64,000 nt of DNA from positions 1,873 to 65,872 of the forward strand of contig JBDKLN010000050.1 in NCBI GenBank assembly GCA_039806045.1, in the 5' to 3' direction. Below are positions 18,460 through 28,201 of this stretch, piece after piece. The stretch is from Pseudomonadota bacterium (GTDB taxonomy: Bacteria > Pseudomonadota > Gammaproteobacteria > Burkholderiales > Burkholderiaceae_D). The number at the start of each line of letters is the position of its first letter. Position 1 is the stretch's first letter. Made by a program: the position numbers and the translations under genes. Under the pieces are notes generated by a model, which was given only the letters and a program-made list of their open reading frames with translations, had not been told where the DNA came from and ran no database searches.

Positions 18460-19350
18460 ATGAAGCTTCAACGCCCGCTGCCCGTCCGAGACGGCATCGC
18501 TCCCAGCTTGGCCTGGCTGCCCCACGAACGCTGGGAAAGCCTGGGCGCTTATCTCGCGCATCGATTCCCGATGGTGAGCGCGGACAGCTGGCGCGATCGA
18601 ATGCGGCGTGGCGAAGTGGTCGATGAGCAGGGCAAGGCCGTGCAATACGACGATGCGTTCCGAGGTGGCGCTTGCCTGTTTTATTACCGCGAACGTACCG
18701 GAGAGACGCCCATCCCTTTTGACGAAGTGATCCTTCATCAGGATGAACAGCTGCTGGTGGTCGACAAACCTCACTTCCTGCCCGTGACGCCCGGTGGGCG
18801 GTTTCTGCACGAGACTTTGCTGGTCAGACTCAAGCGAAAGACCGGCATTGACACCTTGACCCCGATTCATCGGCTCGACCGCGAGACAGCTGGCGTGATG
18901 CTGTTTTCGGTCGACCCGGCCACGCGCAGCGTATGGCAATCTCTGTTCCGCTTTCGGCAAATCCACAAAGTCTATGAAGCACTCGCGCCGTGGCGCGAGG
19001 ATTTGTCGCTGCCCATCGATGTCAGCAGCCGCATCGAGCGTGACGAACAATTCTTCCGCGTGCGCGAAGTGGAGGGCGAACCCAATGCGTTCTCTCGCGT
19101 CGAGCTGATCGAGCGACGCGGCCCGCACGCGCTGTACCGACTGCTCCCGGAGACAGGCAAGATGCACCAGCTGCGCATCCACATGAATACGCTGGGCATA
19201 CCCATTATTAACGATGGTTTCTATCCGGTGGCGCTGCCTTGCAAGGGCGATGATTTTTCATCGCCACTGAAACTTCTGGCCCGCTCGATTGCATTCCGCG
19301 ATCCCGTGAGTGGTGACCAGCGCCATTTCGAAAGCCGGCGCTCCCTTTGA
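18460..19350 (+). CDS. RluA-family RNA pseudouridine synthase
   Basis: VVDKPHFLPV, HRLDRETAG (catalytic Asp), KVYEAL and TGKMHQLRIH motifs. Confidence 0.9.
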   Translation: MKLQRPLPVRDGIAPSLAWLPHERWESLGAYLAHRFPMVSADSWRDRMRRGEVVDEQGKAVQYDDAFRGGACLFYYRERTGETPIPFDEVILHQDEQLLVVDKPHFLPVTPGGRFLHETLLVRLKRKTGIDTLTPIHRLDRETAGVMLFSVDPATRSVWQSLFRFRQIHKVYEALAPWREDLSLPIDVSSRIERDEQFFRVREVEGEPNAFSRVELIERRGPHALYRLLPETGKMHQLRIHMNTLGIPIINDGFYPVALPCKGDDFSSPLKLLARSIAFRDPVSGDQRHFESRRSL

Positions 19351-19368
19351 TTTTTCCGTGACGATTTC

Positions 19369-20601
19369 ATGACTCTCAGCCAAGCCCGATCCACCCCTGA
19401 TACAGCGCATGCGACAGCAAGCGTGATCCCGCCCGCAGCCATCATCGCATTGTCCTTTGGCTCGTTCGGCAGCGGCATGTCGATGCGGACCACTGATGCA
19501 ATGCTGGTCAGGCTGGCGGCCGACTTCGATGTCACGCTCGGTACGGCGGCATTGGCAATCACCGTGTTCGGTGTGGCCTATGGCGTGTCGCAATTGTTGT
19601 TCGGACCACTCGGCGACCGCTATGGCAAATACCTGGTGATCGCATGGGGTAGCCTGGCCTGTGCGATCACGGCGCTGGCCTGCGGACTGGTTCCCAATTT
19701 TTCATCATTGCTGGTTGCGCGTGCGCTGGCTGGCGCGACCTGCGCGTCGATCATTCCGCTATCGATGGCATGGATCGGTGATGTGGTGACTTATGAAGAC
19801 CGGCAGTCCGTGCTGGCGCGTTTCCTGATCGGGCAAATCCTCGGGCTGTCGTCAGGCATCGTGCTTGGCGGCATTGCGGCGGATTACCTGAACTGGCGCG
19901 CGCCTTTCTTCCTTATCGCTACGTCGTTCTTCATGACCGGCATCTACCTGATCCGGATGAACCAGCGCCTCCCCGAACAGGCGAAGCAATTGCACAAGGC
20001 AGAAGGCGGTGCAGTGGTGCGGCTGATCGGTGAATTCCGCAAGGTAGTGGAGGTGCCTTGGGCGCGCAAGGTCCTGGCGACGGTAATGATCGAAGGCGCG
20101 CTGGTCTACGGTGCGCTGGCTTTCATTCCATCGCATCTGCATCAGGTCCATGGGATGTCCCTCGCGGCTGCGGGCAGCCTGGTGATGCTGTTTGGCTTCG
20201 GTGGCTTTGTTTTTGCGCTGCGCTCGCGGCAGATGATCAAGCGCTTCGGCGAAGTCGGGCTGATCCGACATGGCGCGGTGATGATGGCGCTGCCGATGGT
20301 CGTGGTGGCCTATGCGCCGGTATGGTGGCTGGCCGTCCCGGCCTGCTTGCTGTTCGGCCTTGGCTTCTACATGATGCACAACACGCTGCAGATCAACGCG
20401 ACGCAAATGGCGCCGCAGCGCCGTGGCGCTGCGGTGGCGGCCTTCGCATCCTGCTTTTTCTTAGGACAGGCGGCGGGCGTCGCACTGGGTGGCGCGTTGC
20501 TGGCACCGGTGGGCACGGCCCACATCATCGCTACTGCCGGTGTCGGCGTGCTGCTGATCGGCAGGCGTTTTGCTCGCCTGCGGGCAGCAAAAGAAGATTA
20601 A
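19369..20601 (+). CDS. MFS transporter
   Basis: 410 aa, about 12 hydrophobic segments, motif A GPLGDRYGK. Confidence 0.88.
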   Translation: MTLSQARSTPDTAHATASVIPPAAIIALSFGSFGSGMSMRTTDAMLVRLAADFDVTLGTAALAITVFGVAYGVSQLLFGPLGDRYGKYLVIAWGSLACAITALACGLVPNFSSLLVARALAGATCASIIPLSMAWIGDVVTYEDRQSVLARFLIGQILGLSSGIVLGGIAADYLNWRAPFFLIATSFFMTGIYLIRMNQRLPEQAKQLHKAEGGAVVRLIGEFRKVVEVPWARKVLATVMIEGALVYGALAFIPSHLHQVHGMSLAAAGSLVMLFGFGGFVFALRSRQMIKRFGEVGLIRHGAVMMALPMVVVAYAPVWWLAVPACLLFGLGFYMMHNTLQINATQMAPQRRGAAVAAFASCFFLGQAAGVALGGALLAPVGTAHIIATAGVGVLLIGRRFARLRAAKED

Positions 20602-20819
20602 GACTTCGAAGCGAAATAGCGCAGCTCAGCCGCCAGGCCAGGCTGGCTGTATTCGACCTCACGCGCCATGCGCTGCAGGCTGCTAACAGTCTCAAAGCGC
20701 TCCCGGGCAGCGTCGGCACTCGCACTGCCAGAGTTCTTCAGCAAGGCCATGAACGGGTTCTGGAAGCTGAAAAAGAAGGGCTTGAAGGTGTCGGATGCAG
20801 CGACGAAGAAGTTTTGCAT
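20598..20819 (-). CDS. Small hypothetical protein divergent from LysR
   Basis: 73 aa; SD ggag upstream on the minus strand; helical C-terminus QPGLAAELRYFA. Confidence 0.6.
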   Translation of the reverse strand: MQNFFVAASDTFKPFFFSFQNPFMALLKNSGSASADAARERFETVSSLQRMAREVEYSQPGLAAELRYFASKS

Positions 20820-20949
20820 GATGGCTCCGGAAATACGTTTGTTGCGGCGCAGTATAAAGCCGAAGATGATATACGCATAATTTCAATTCTTTATATTAGC
20901 GATAGATTTATGGTATATCTTTCGGGTATCCACGGATATCCCGATCACC

Positions 20950-21906
20950 ATGAGCTTTCTGACTCTCGACCTGAATTTGCTGCGGGTATTCGATGCAGTG
21001 ATGACCGAGCAAAACCTGACCCGCGCCGCCAACCGCCTGGCGATGACGCAGCCAGCGGTGTCGAATGCTGTCAAGCGCCTGCGCGATGCACTCGGCGACG
21101 AACTGTTGATTCGTACCGCGCACGGCGTCAAGCCGACCGCGCGCGCAGAATCGATCTGGCCTGCCGTGCGCCGCGCCTTGGCCGATCTTGAAGAAGCGGT
21201 TGCACCGCGCAGCTTTGAACTGGCCAAAGCCAATGTGACCTTCCGGATGGCGATGGCTGATGCCACAGCCGGCCTGCTGCTGCCACCGCTGGTACGCCTG
21301 ATTGAAAGCGAAGCACCCGGCATCGACATCCGTATGGTGCCGCTGACGACGCGCGAGCCGCGTCCGCAGCTGCTGCGCGGCGATATCGACCTGGCGATTG
21401 GTTTCTTCCCGGGAGTCGTGGCACAGCTACAAGGCGCCACTGATACACCGATACGTCATGAGCGGCTGTATGCGGGTCAATATGTCTGCGTGATGCGCAA
21501 GAACCATCCGCTGGCCGATGAAGAATTGACGGTCGATCGATATTGTGACGCCAACCACCTGCTGGTGAGTTTTTCCGGACGCGCCCGTGGCCTAGTCGAT
21601 GACGCCCTCCTGACGCTGGGACGCGAGCGCCGCATCCTGCTGACCGTGAACCAGTTTTTCACGGCCGGCAAGGTGGTCGCAGCCTCCGACCTGCTGATGG
21701 TGTTGCCACGTCACCTGATCGAAGCCACCGGCATGACCAATCACCTGGTGGCCAAACAATTGCCATTCAACTTGCCTGAAGTGCATATCGACATGTTGTG
21801 GCATGAACGAGATGCACGCAGTCCAGGCCATCGCTGGTTGCGCGAGCAATTCACGAACTCGGGCATGCTGTCGCCCTTTGCCAGCCACGTCAACAATCCC
21901 GAATGA
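20950..21906 (+). CDS. LysR-family transcriptional regulator
   Basis: LDLNLLRVFDAVMTEQNLTRAANRLAMTQPAVSNAVKRLR HTH; NodD/DntR-type substrate-binding domain. Confidence 0.93.
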   Translation: MSFLTLDLNLLRVFDAVMTEQNLTRAANRLAMTQPAVSNAVKRLRDALGDELLIRTAHGVKPTARAESIWPAVRRALADLEEAVAPRSFELAKANVTFRMAMADATAGLLLPPLVRLIESEAPGIDIRMVPLTTREPRPQLLRGDIDLAIGFFPGVVAQLQGATDTPIRHERLYAGQYVCVMRKNHPLADEELTVDRYCDANHLLVSFSGRARGLVDDALLTLGRERRILLTVNQFFTAGKVVAASDLLMVLPRHLIEATGMTNHLVAKQLPFNLPEVHIDMLWHERDARSPGHRWLREQFTNSGMLSPFASHVNNPE

Positions 21907-21955
21907 CCGCCTGCGGGTTACGCCGACCCGCAGCGCCTCATCCGCCAGAAGTCTG

Positions 21956-21981
21956 GAGCCGGCATGTCCGGCTCTTTTTTT
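21956..21981 (+). terminator. Intrinsic terminator after LysR, at the left edge of oriC
   Basis: gagccgg-catgt-ccggctc followed by T7. Confidence 0.75.
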
Positions 21982-22038
21982 GCCCGCATCTTTGGTTGTT
22001 TTCCGGGGCCTGCCTTTTTAATAGCGTTGGCAATGCGA

Positions 22039-22342
22039 TTATTCACAAACTGTTCCCGACTTATCCATAGCTTTATCCACACATTGATTTGATGAAGTGT
22101 CTGCAAAATTCAATCCATCTTGTTCTTTAAAGCTTGTATTTATATTTGGTAGTAATTGATAAAGCAGGGTCCTTTCTGTGGATAACTCTCTTTTTCCTTT
22201 GATGTTCAATCGCTTGCAGCAAAGATAAATCCTGAATAGACCTTGTGCCAGCACAGGACAGATCGTGGACAAAAAATCGGGTTGGCGATTTCTCCCGGCT
22301 TATCCACTTTATCCGGCAGGCTTATCCCCAGCCGTGTCCACA
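22039..22342. other. oriC: Probable chromosomal replication origin oriC
   Basis: Consensus DnaA boxes at 22039 (ttattcaca), 22073 (ttatccaca) and 22177 (tgtggataa); near matches at 22061, 22264, 22300, 22322 and 22334. AT-rich tract 22082-22165; IHF-like gttcaatcgcttg at 22204. Lies 7 kb upstream of parS-mnmG-parAB-atp. Confidence 0.8.
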
Positions 22343-22517
22343 AGGGCTAGTCCGAGTTCACGATGCCAGGCCCTTCGCCATGACAGGCCGGCGCGACGCC
22401 AACGTTTATCATGTGTAAAGTTGCAGCCTCGCTTGAAGATCTCTCATTGGATTGCCTGCGTGATCCGGCGTAAGCTGCTGCAAAGGTACGTAAACAAAAA
22501 AATTACAAGGATTCCGG

Positions 22518-24035
22518 ATGAGACAAGGTGATGCCGGCATTGGTCATTTCATCAATGGTCAGTTCGTGTCGTCGAAAAGCGGGCGCAGCCAGTCGGTGTA
22601 TAACCCGGCCACTGGCGAAGCGGTCACGCAGGTCGCGTTAGCCAGTGCCGACGAAGTCAATGCTGCGGTGGCCGCCGCATCGGCCGCTGCGCCTAGCTGG
22701 GCCGACACCGCACCGTTGAAACGAGCTCGGGTGCTGTTTAAATTCAAGGAACTCATCGAGAAGCACCATGACGATCTGGCTGCCGCGATCACTCGTGAAC
22801 ATGGCAAGGTATTCAGCGATGCGAAAGGCGAAGTGGTACGCGGGCTGGAGATCGTCGAGTTTGCCTGCGGATTGCCGCAGCTGCTAAAGACCCAGTACAC
22901 CGACAATATTGGTGGCGGCATCGACAATTGGCAACTGCGCCAGCCGCTTGGTGTCACTGCCGGCATCACGCCGTTCAACTTCCCCGTGATGGTGCCGTTG
23001 TGGATGGCACCGATTGCCATTGGTTGCGGCAATACCTTCGTGCTCAAGCCGTCGGAACGTGACCCGTCACCGTCATTGATGCTGGCCGACCTTTTCCGGC
23101 AAGCGGGTTTGCCGGATGGCGTGTTCAACGTGGTTCAGGGGGACAAGCTGGCGGTCGATACCTTGCTGCAGCATCCGGATGTGAAGGCCGTGTCTTTCGT
23201 CGGCTCGACACCCATCGCGGAATACATTTACAACGAAGGCAGTCGGCGCAAGGGAGCCTACCCGTTGCGTGTGCAGGCGCTGGGCGGCGCGAAGAACCAT
23301 CTGGTGGTGATGCCGGACGCCGACCTCGACCAGGCGGTAGATGCACTGATCGGTGCGGCCTACGGTTCAGCAGGTGAGCGGTGCATGGCGATTTCGGTGG
23401 CTGTCGCCGTTGGCGGCGTGGCTGATCAGCTGGTCGATGCATTGGTGCCGCGCGTGAAGGCGCTGAAGGTTCTGAATGGCATGGATGCTGACGCCGAAAT
23501 GGGTCCGGTGGTGACAGCAGCACATAAAGCCAAGATAGAGGCGTATATCGACCAAGGGCTGCAGGCAGGAGCCCGATTGCTGGTGGATGGACGGGGCTTG
23601 AAAGTGCCGGGTCATGAACAGGGCTTCTTCCTCGGTGGCTCGCTGTTCGATAAGGTGACGCCGGAGATGACGATCTACCGTGAAGAGATTTTCGGCCCGG
23701 TACTGTGCGTAGTGCGTGTGCCGGACCTGGCGGCAGCAATCAATCTGATCAATGCGCATGAATTCGGCAATGGCGTGTCGGTATTCACCTCCGACGGGAA
23801 TACAGCGCGTGAATTCTCCCGCCGCATCGAGGTCGGTATGGTCGGCGTGAATGTGCCCATCCCGGTGCCCATGGCCTGGCATTCGTTTGGCGGCTGGAAA
23901 CGCTCTCTGTTCGGCGATACACATGTCTACGGCGAAGAGGGCATACGTTTCTACACGCGCTACAAGTCCGTCATGCAGCGCTGGCCGGAATCGATAGGCA
24001 AGGGTGCCGAGTTCACGATGCCGGTGGCGAAGTAG
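22518..24035 (+). CDS. mmsA: CoA-acylating (methyl)malonate-semialdehyde dehydrogenase
   Basis: [52 protein letters not shown] and FGGWKRS motifs. Confidence 0.93.
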   Translation: MRQGDAGIGHFINGQFVSSKSGRSQSVYNPATGEAVTQVALASADEVNAAVAAASAAAPSWADTAPLKRARVLFKFKELIEKHHDDLAAAITREHGKVFSDAKGEVVRGLEIVEFACGLPQLLKTQYTDNIGGGIDNWQLRQPLGVTAGITPFNFPVMVPLWMAPIAIGCGNTFVLKPSERDPSPSLMLADLFRQAGLPDGVFNVVQGDKLAVDTLLQHPDVKAVSFVGSTPIAEYIYNEGSRRKGAYPLRVQALGGAKNHLVVMPDADLDQAVDALIGAAYGSAGERCMAISVAVAVGGVADQLVDALVPRVKALKVLNGMDADAEMGPVVTAAHKAKIEAYIDQGLQAGARLLVDGRGLKVPGHEQGFFLGGSLFDKVTPEMTIYREEIFGPVLCVVRVPDLAAAINLINAHEFGNGVSVFTSDGNTAREFSRRIEVGMVGVNVPIPVPMAWHSFGGWKRSLFGDTHVYGEEGIRFYTRYKSVMQRWPESIGKGAEFTMPVAK

Positions 24036-24047
24036 ACGAGGTCACTC

Positions 24048-25715
24048 ATGTCATCGCGCAACGCATCACAAGCGACGCCGGCGCTGTCGCCACAATCCGC
24101 GGGCACTTACGACTACATCATCATCGGCGCCGGCACGGCGGGCTGCGTGCTGGCCAACCGACTCACCCAAGACTTGGGCAAGTCGGTACTGTTGATCGAA
24201 GCCGGTGCCAAGGATGATTACCTGTGGATCCATATTCCGGTCGGCTATCTGTATTGCATTGATAACCCGCGCACGGACTGGCGCTTCCGCACAGAAGCAG
24301 ATGCGGGTCTGAACGGCCGCAGCCTTCTCTACCCGCGTGGCAAAGTGTTGGGAGGCTGCTCGTCGATCAACGGCATGATCTACATGCGGGGCCAGCGGGC
24401 TGACTATGATCGCTGGGCCGAAGCGACGGGTGACGATCGCTGGCGCTGGGACCATGTGTTGCCGCTGTTCCTGCGCACCGAGGACTATCACGGCGGGGCC
24501 AGTGCCTTCCATGGCGCGGGTGGCGAGTGGCGCGTGGAAAAGCAGCGGCTGCGTTGGGACATCCTTGACGCTTTTCGCGAAGCGGCGCGCCAGACGGGCA
24601 TTCCCAATTCTGATGATTTCAATACGGGCGACAACGAGGGTTGTGGCTACTTCGACGTCAACCAGAAGAGTGGCATACGCTGGAATACGGCGAAGGCATT
24701 CTTGCGGACGGCCATGCGGCGCGGGAACCTGACGATCATGACCGGCTGCCATGTGAACAAGCTGCGACTGGAAACCATCGATGGTCGCGCACGTTGCACG
24801 GGCGTCGAGTTTAGTGGCGGCGGAAGGCAGTGGCATGCCGAGGCAGTGCGTGAAACGGCGCTGTGTGCCGGGGCAATTGGTTCGCCGCAGATTCTACAAC
24901 TGTCCGGTATCGGACCCTCGGCACTGCTGGCGCAGCATGGCGTTCCTGTGCAGGTTGATGCGCCCGGTGTGGGTGAAAACCTGCAAGACCATTTGCAGAT
25001 CCGGATGGTGTACAAGGTGCAGGGCGTGAAGACGCTTAACACGCTGGCCAACAGTTGGCATGGCAAGCTGCGCATCGGACTCGAATATGCGTTCAAGCGC
25101 AGCGGTCCCATGGCAATGGCGCCGTCGCAACTCGGATTGTTCGCGCGCTCCGATCCGTCGCAGGCGACCGCGAATATCCAGTATCACGTGCAACCGCTGT
25201 CGCTCGAACGCTTCGGCGAACCGCTTCATCCGTTCCCGGCATTTACGGCCAGTGTCTGCAACCTGCGCCCGACGGCGCGTGGCCATGTGCGCATTGCCAG
25301 CGCCGACTCGCATGTCGCACCGAAGATCACGACCAACTACCTGTCGACGCCGGAAGACCGCAAGGTGGCCGCCGACTCACTGCGGCTGACGCGTCGCATC
25401 GCCGCGGCACCGGCACTGCAGCGCTATGTGCCGCAAGAGCACAAGCCAGGCGAGCGATGGCAAACGGATGAGGAGTTGGCACAGGCTTCCGGTGACATCG
25501 GCACGACGATTTTCCATCCGGTGGGCACGTGCAAGATGGGACGGGTTGATGATGCGATGGCGGTCGTCGATAGTGAGTTGCGTGTGCGTGGTGTCGCGCA
25601 GTTGCGCGTCGTCGATGCATCGGTAATGCCCTTTATCACGTCCGGGAATTGCAACTCGCCGACCATCATGATTGCCGAACATGCTTCGGACTTGATACGC
25701 GCCGCCGCGTCCTGA
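24048..25715 (+). CDS. GMC-family FAD oxidoreductase (likely 3-hydroxypropionate dehydrogenase-like)
   Basis: YDYIIIGAGTAGCVLANRL, RGKVLGGCSSINGMIY, VGENLQDH, HPVGTC and DASVMP motifs; adjacent to mmsA on the same strand. Confidence 0.88.
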   Translation: MSSRNASQATPALSPQSAGTYDYIIIGAGTAGCVLANRLTQDLGKSVLLIEAGAKDDYLWIHIPVGYLYCIDNPRTDWRFRTEADAGLNGRSLLYPRGKVLGGCSSINGMIYMRGQRADYDRWAEATGDDRWRWDHVLPLFLRTEDYHGGASAFHGAGGEWRVEKQRLRWDILDAFREAARQTGIPNSDDFNTGDNEGCGYFDVNQKSGIRWNTAKAFLRTAMRRGNLTIMTGCHVNKLRLETIDGRARCTGVEFSGGGRQWHAEAVRETALCAGAIGSPQILQLSGIGPSALLAQHGVPVQVDAPGVGENLQDHLQIRMVYKVQGVKTLNTLANSWHGKLRIGLEYAFKRSGPMAMAPSQLGLFARSDPSQATANIQYHVQPLSLERFGEPLHPFPAFTASVCNLRPTARGHVRIASADSHVAPKITTNYLSTPEDRKVAADSLRLTRRIAAAPALQRYVPQEHKPGERWQTDEELAQASGDIGTTIFHPVGTCKMGRVDDAMAVVDSELRVRGVAQLRVVDASVMPFITSGNCNSPTIMIAEHASDLIRAAAS

Positions 25716-25984
25716 GCATACCCGCAGACTCGTCCCTCGCGCCAGATGCCCGACGTATGGTAAGCGTGGTCATTGTTGATTTGTATGGTTCAACAATCAG
25801 TGATGTTGATTGATGAACGGCCTGCCCGCATGAATCATGATCGTGGTTCTCATCATGATTGAGAGCGCGTAAGTTTTTTCTCTCCCGAGTTCCTAGGATG
25901 ACACTCCGGCTTCGTCTCGATGGCCGGGCACCGAAGCCTGTGCATCGGTGCTAATTCGCATCACGCGAACAAAGGGGGGAGCGA

Positions 25985-27988
25985 ATGAAGATACCAATCC
26001 GGAGCGGTGCCGGCAGGCGCTGCATGGCTGCGCTGCTATTGGTCGGCGGGGTTGCGGCCTTGTCACTGGCACTGGCACATGGCGGCGCAAGTGACAGCGG
26101 TTCGAGTGACGAGGACGAGCCGGCGCCAATACAGTCGCTCAAGCGAGTCAAGGTGCCGACACCGAAGAACCTGGGCGATTTCGTCGAGGATCGCGATACG
26201 GCTATCCTGCTGGGCAAGGCTTTGTTCTGGGACGTGAAGCTGGGCAGTGACAGCATGACAGCGTGTGCGTCATGCCACTTCCATGCCGGTGTTGATAATC
26301 GCGTCACTAACCAGATCAACCCGGGCCTGCTTGCGGGGGACAAGACCTTCCAGCTTGGTGGCGCACCGAATTACATGATGCTGCCAGCCGATTTTCCATT
26401 GACCCGGTTCACGGACATCAATGATCCGGCTACGCGCTATGCCGACATCAACGATGTGGTGTCGTCGCAGGGCGTGCTGACCAAAGATTTCAATACGACC
26501 GGACTCAAGGGTGCGGCAGATGCCTGCACACCCGTATCGGACGCTGTCATGCACGGTGGCACCGGTTTCAATGTGAATGGCGTCAATACACGCCGTGTCG
26601 AGCCGCGGCATGCGCCGAGTTTTTTCAATAGCATCTTCAATTTTCGCAATTTTTGGGACGGCCGAGCCAACAATGTCTTCAATGGCGTCGACCCGTTCGG
26701 ATTGCGCAATGTAGACGCGACGGTTTGGAAGCTTGACCACGGGGTGTTGCGGCGGGTGCCGGTGGTGATCGACCTGGCATCGGATGCATCGCAGGGGGTG
26801 GGTCCGCCAAGCAGCGAAAACGAAATGAGTTGCAAGGGCAGGACGCTGGCCCAGGTTGGTCGAAGAATGCTCAAGCTGGAAGTGCTCTCCGTGCAGGAGA
26901 TTCATCCCGACGACAGCGTACTGGGACGAATCGCGCATCGGCGCGGCACCTACGAGCAACTCGTCAAGCGCGCGTTCAAGAGCATCTATTGGTCATCTGA
27001 CAGGCGCATCGACCTTCAGCAATCTCCTCGGTTGGCCACGATCGATCTTGCCGGCGCCAGGTCGGCGTCCAATCCGCGCCCGGTATCACGGGAGACGTTC
27101 TCGCAAATGGAAGCGAATTTCGGCTTCTTTCTCGGACTGGCCTTGCGCGCATACCAGGCGACCTTGGTGACCGACGATACGCCCTTCGATCGGTTTGCCG
27201 AAGGGCAGCGCAACGCACTGACCGCACAACAGCAAAGAGGCTTGGCATTGTTCCGCGGTAGGGCGAATTGCGTCCATTGCCATGCTGGCGCCGAATTCAC
27301 CGCGGCTTCGTTCGCCAGCATGCAGGACGAAGGGCGGCTCGACGAACGCGAAGGTGAGGGCGGGCAGATCTTCAGGTATGACAATGGGTTCTTCAATACC
27401 GGAGTGCGGCCAACGGCGGATGACCCGGGGGTAAGTGGCTTAGATCCGTTTGGTAATACCTTGTCTGAAACCCGGCTAGCGCAGATTGGTCGCTTTGATT
27501 TGCTGGGGCCGCTTTTTGACATCAGAAATGAAGAGCCCGTCGCACCCGATGCGCCGTTGGCGATCGCCGGCGCATTCAAGACACCCGGCCTGCGCAATGT
27601 CGAGCTGACCGGCCCGTACTTTCACAATGGCGGCAAGGTGACGCTGATGCAGGTGGTGGACTTCTACAATCGAGGGGGTGATTTTGGCGCACATAACGCG
27701 CCAGTGACCGATCCTACGGTTACCCGTCTCGGGCTGACCGAGTCCGACAAGCAGGATCTGGTCTCTTTCCTGTTGGCGTTGACGGATGAGCGGGTCCGGT
27801 TCGAGCGGGCACCGTTTGATCACCCATCGATTTGTGTCCCGGACGGACATCTCGGAAATACCAATGTTGTTGCCACGGGTGCGAACGGCGATGCCATTGA
27901 TTTGATCCGTTGCGTGAATGCTGTCGGGAGACGTGGCAGTCGGGTCGCATTGAGGCCGTTCATGGGCCTCGACCCCTTCCTGCACTGA
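25985..27988 (+). CDS. Exported diheme cytochrome c peroxidase/MauG-superfamily protein (long type)
   Basis: Signal peptide; LGKALFWD, CASCH, FWDGRA, CVHCH, FKTPGLRNVELTGPYFHNG and LTDERV...APFDHP motifs. Confidence 0.88.
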   Translation: MKIPIRSGAGRRCMAALLLVGGVAALSLALAHGGASDSGSSDEDEPAPIQSLKRVKVPTPKNLGDFVEDRDTAILLGKALFWDVKLGSDSMTACASCHFHAGVDNRVTNQINPGLLAGDKTFQLGGAPNYMMLPADFPLTRFTDINDPATRYADINDVVSSQGVLTKDFNTTGLKGAADACTPVSDAVMHGGTGFNVNGVNTRRVEPRHAPSFFNSIFNFRNFWDGRANNVFNGVDPFGLRNVDATVWKLDHGVLRRVPVVIDLASDASQGVGPPSSENEMSCKGRTLAQVGRRMLKLEVLSVQEIHPDDSVLGRIAHRRGTYEQLVKRAFKSIYWSSDRRIDLQQSPRLATIDLAGARSASNPRPVSRETFSQMEANFGFFLGLALRAYQATLVTDDTPFDRFAEGQRNALTAQQQRGLALFRGRANCVHCHAGAEFTAASFASMQDEGRLDEREGEGGQIFRYDNGFFNTGVRPTADDPGVSGLDPFGNTLSETRLAQIGRFDLLGPLFDIRNEEPVAPDAPLAIAGAFKTPGLRNVELTGPYFHNGGKVTLMQVVDFYNRGGDFGAHNAPVTDPTVTRLGLTESDKQDLVSFLLALTDERVRFERAPFDHPSICVPDGHLGNTNVVATGANGDAIDLIRCVNAVGRRGSRVALRPFMGLDPFLH

Positions 27989-28013
27989 ATCTGAAAATCG
28001 TTCTGTCCCGACA

Positions 28014-28039
28014 GGCCCCGGCGTGCCGGGGCTTTTTTT
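28014..28039 (+). terminator. Intrinsic terminator after the peroxidase gene
   Basis: gccccgg-cgtg-ccggggc followed by T7. Confidence 0.78.
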
Positions 28040-28201
28040 CGCCGCTGTTCAACATCCGACTTGCTGTGTGCATCGCTGCTGGCAGACAATGATCAAATTC
28101 TGGTCGCAAGGCGATAAGGTTGGCGATGGATTTGCTGATTGAAAAACAACGCATTTAACGATAGTGTTTACTAACGTGGCGACGGCGCCCGACATTTTTT
28201 G

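Noticed and set aside
24048-25715. Choline dehydrogenase betA
   Set aside because: No betB, betI or choline transporter nearby; the partner is a CoA-acylating malonate-semialdehyde dehydrogenase.
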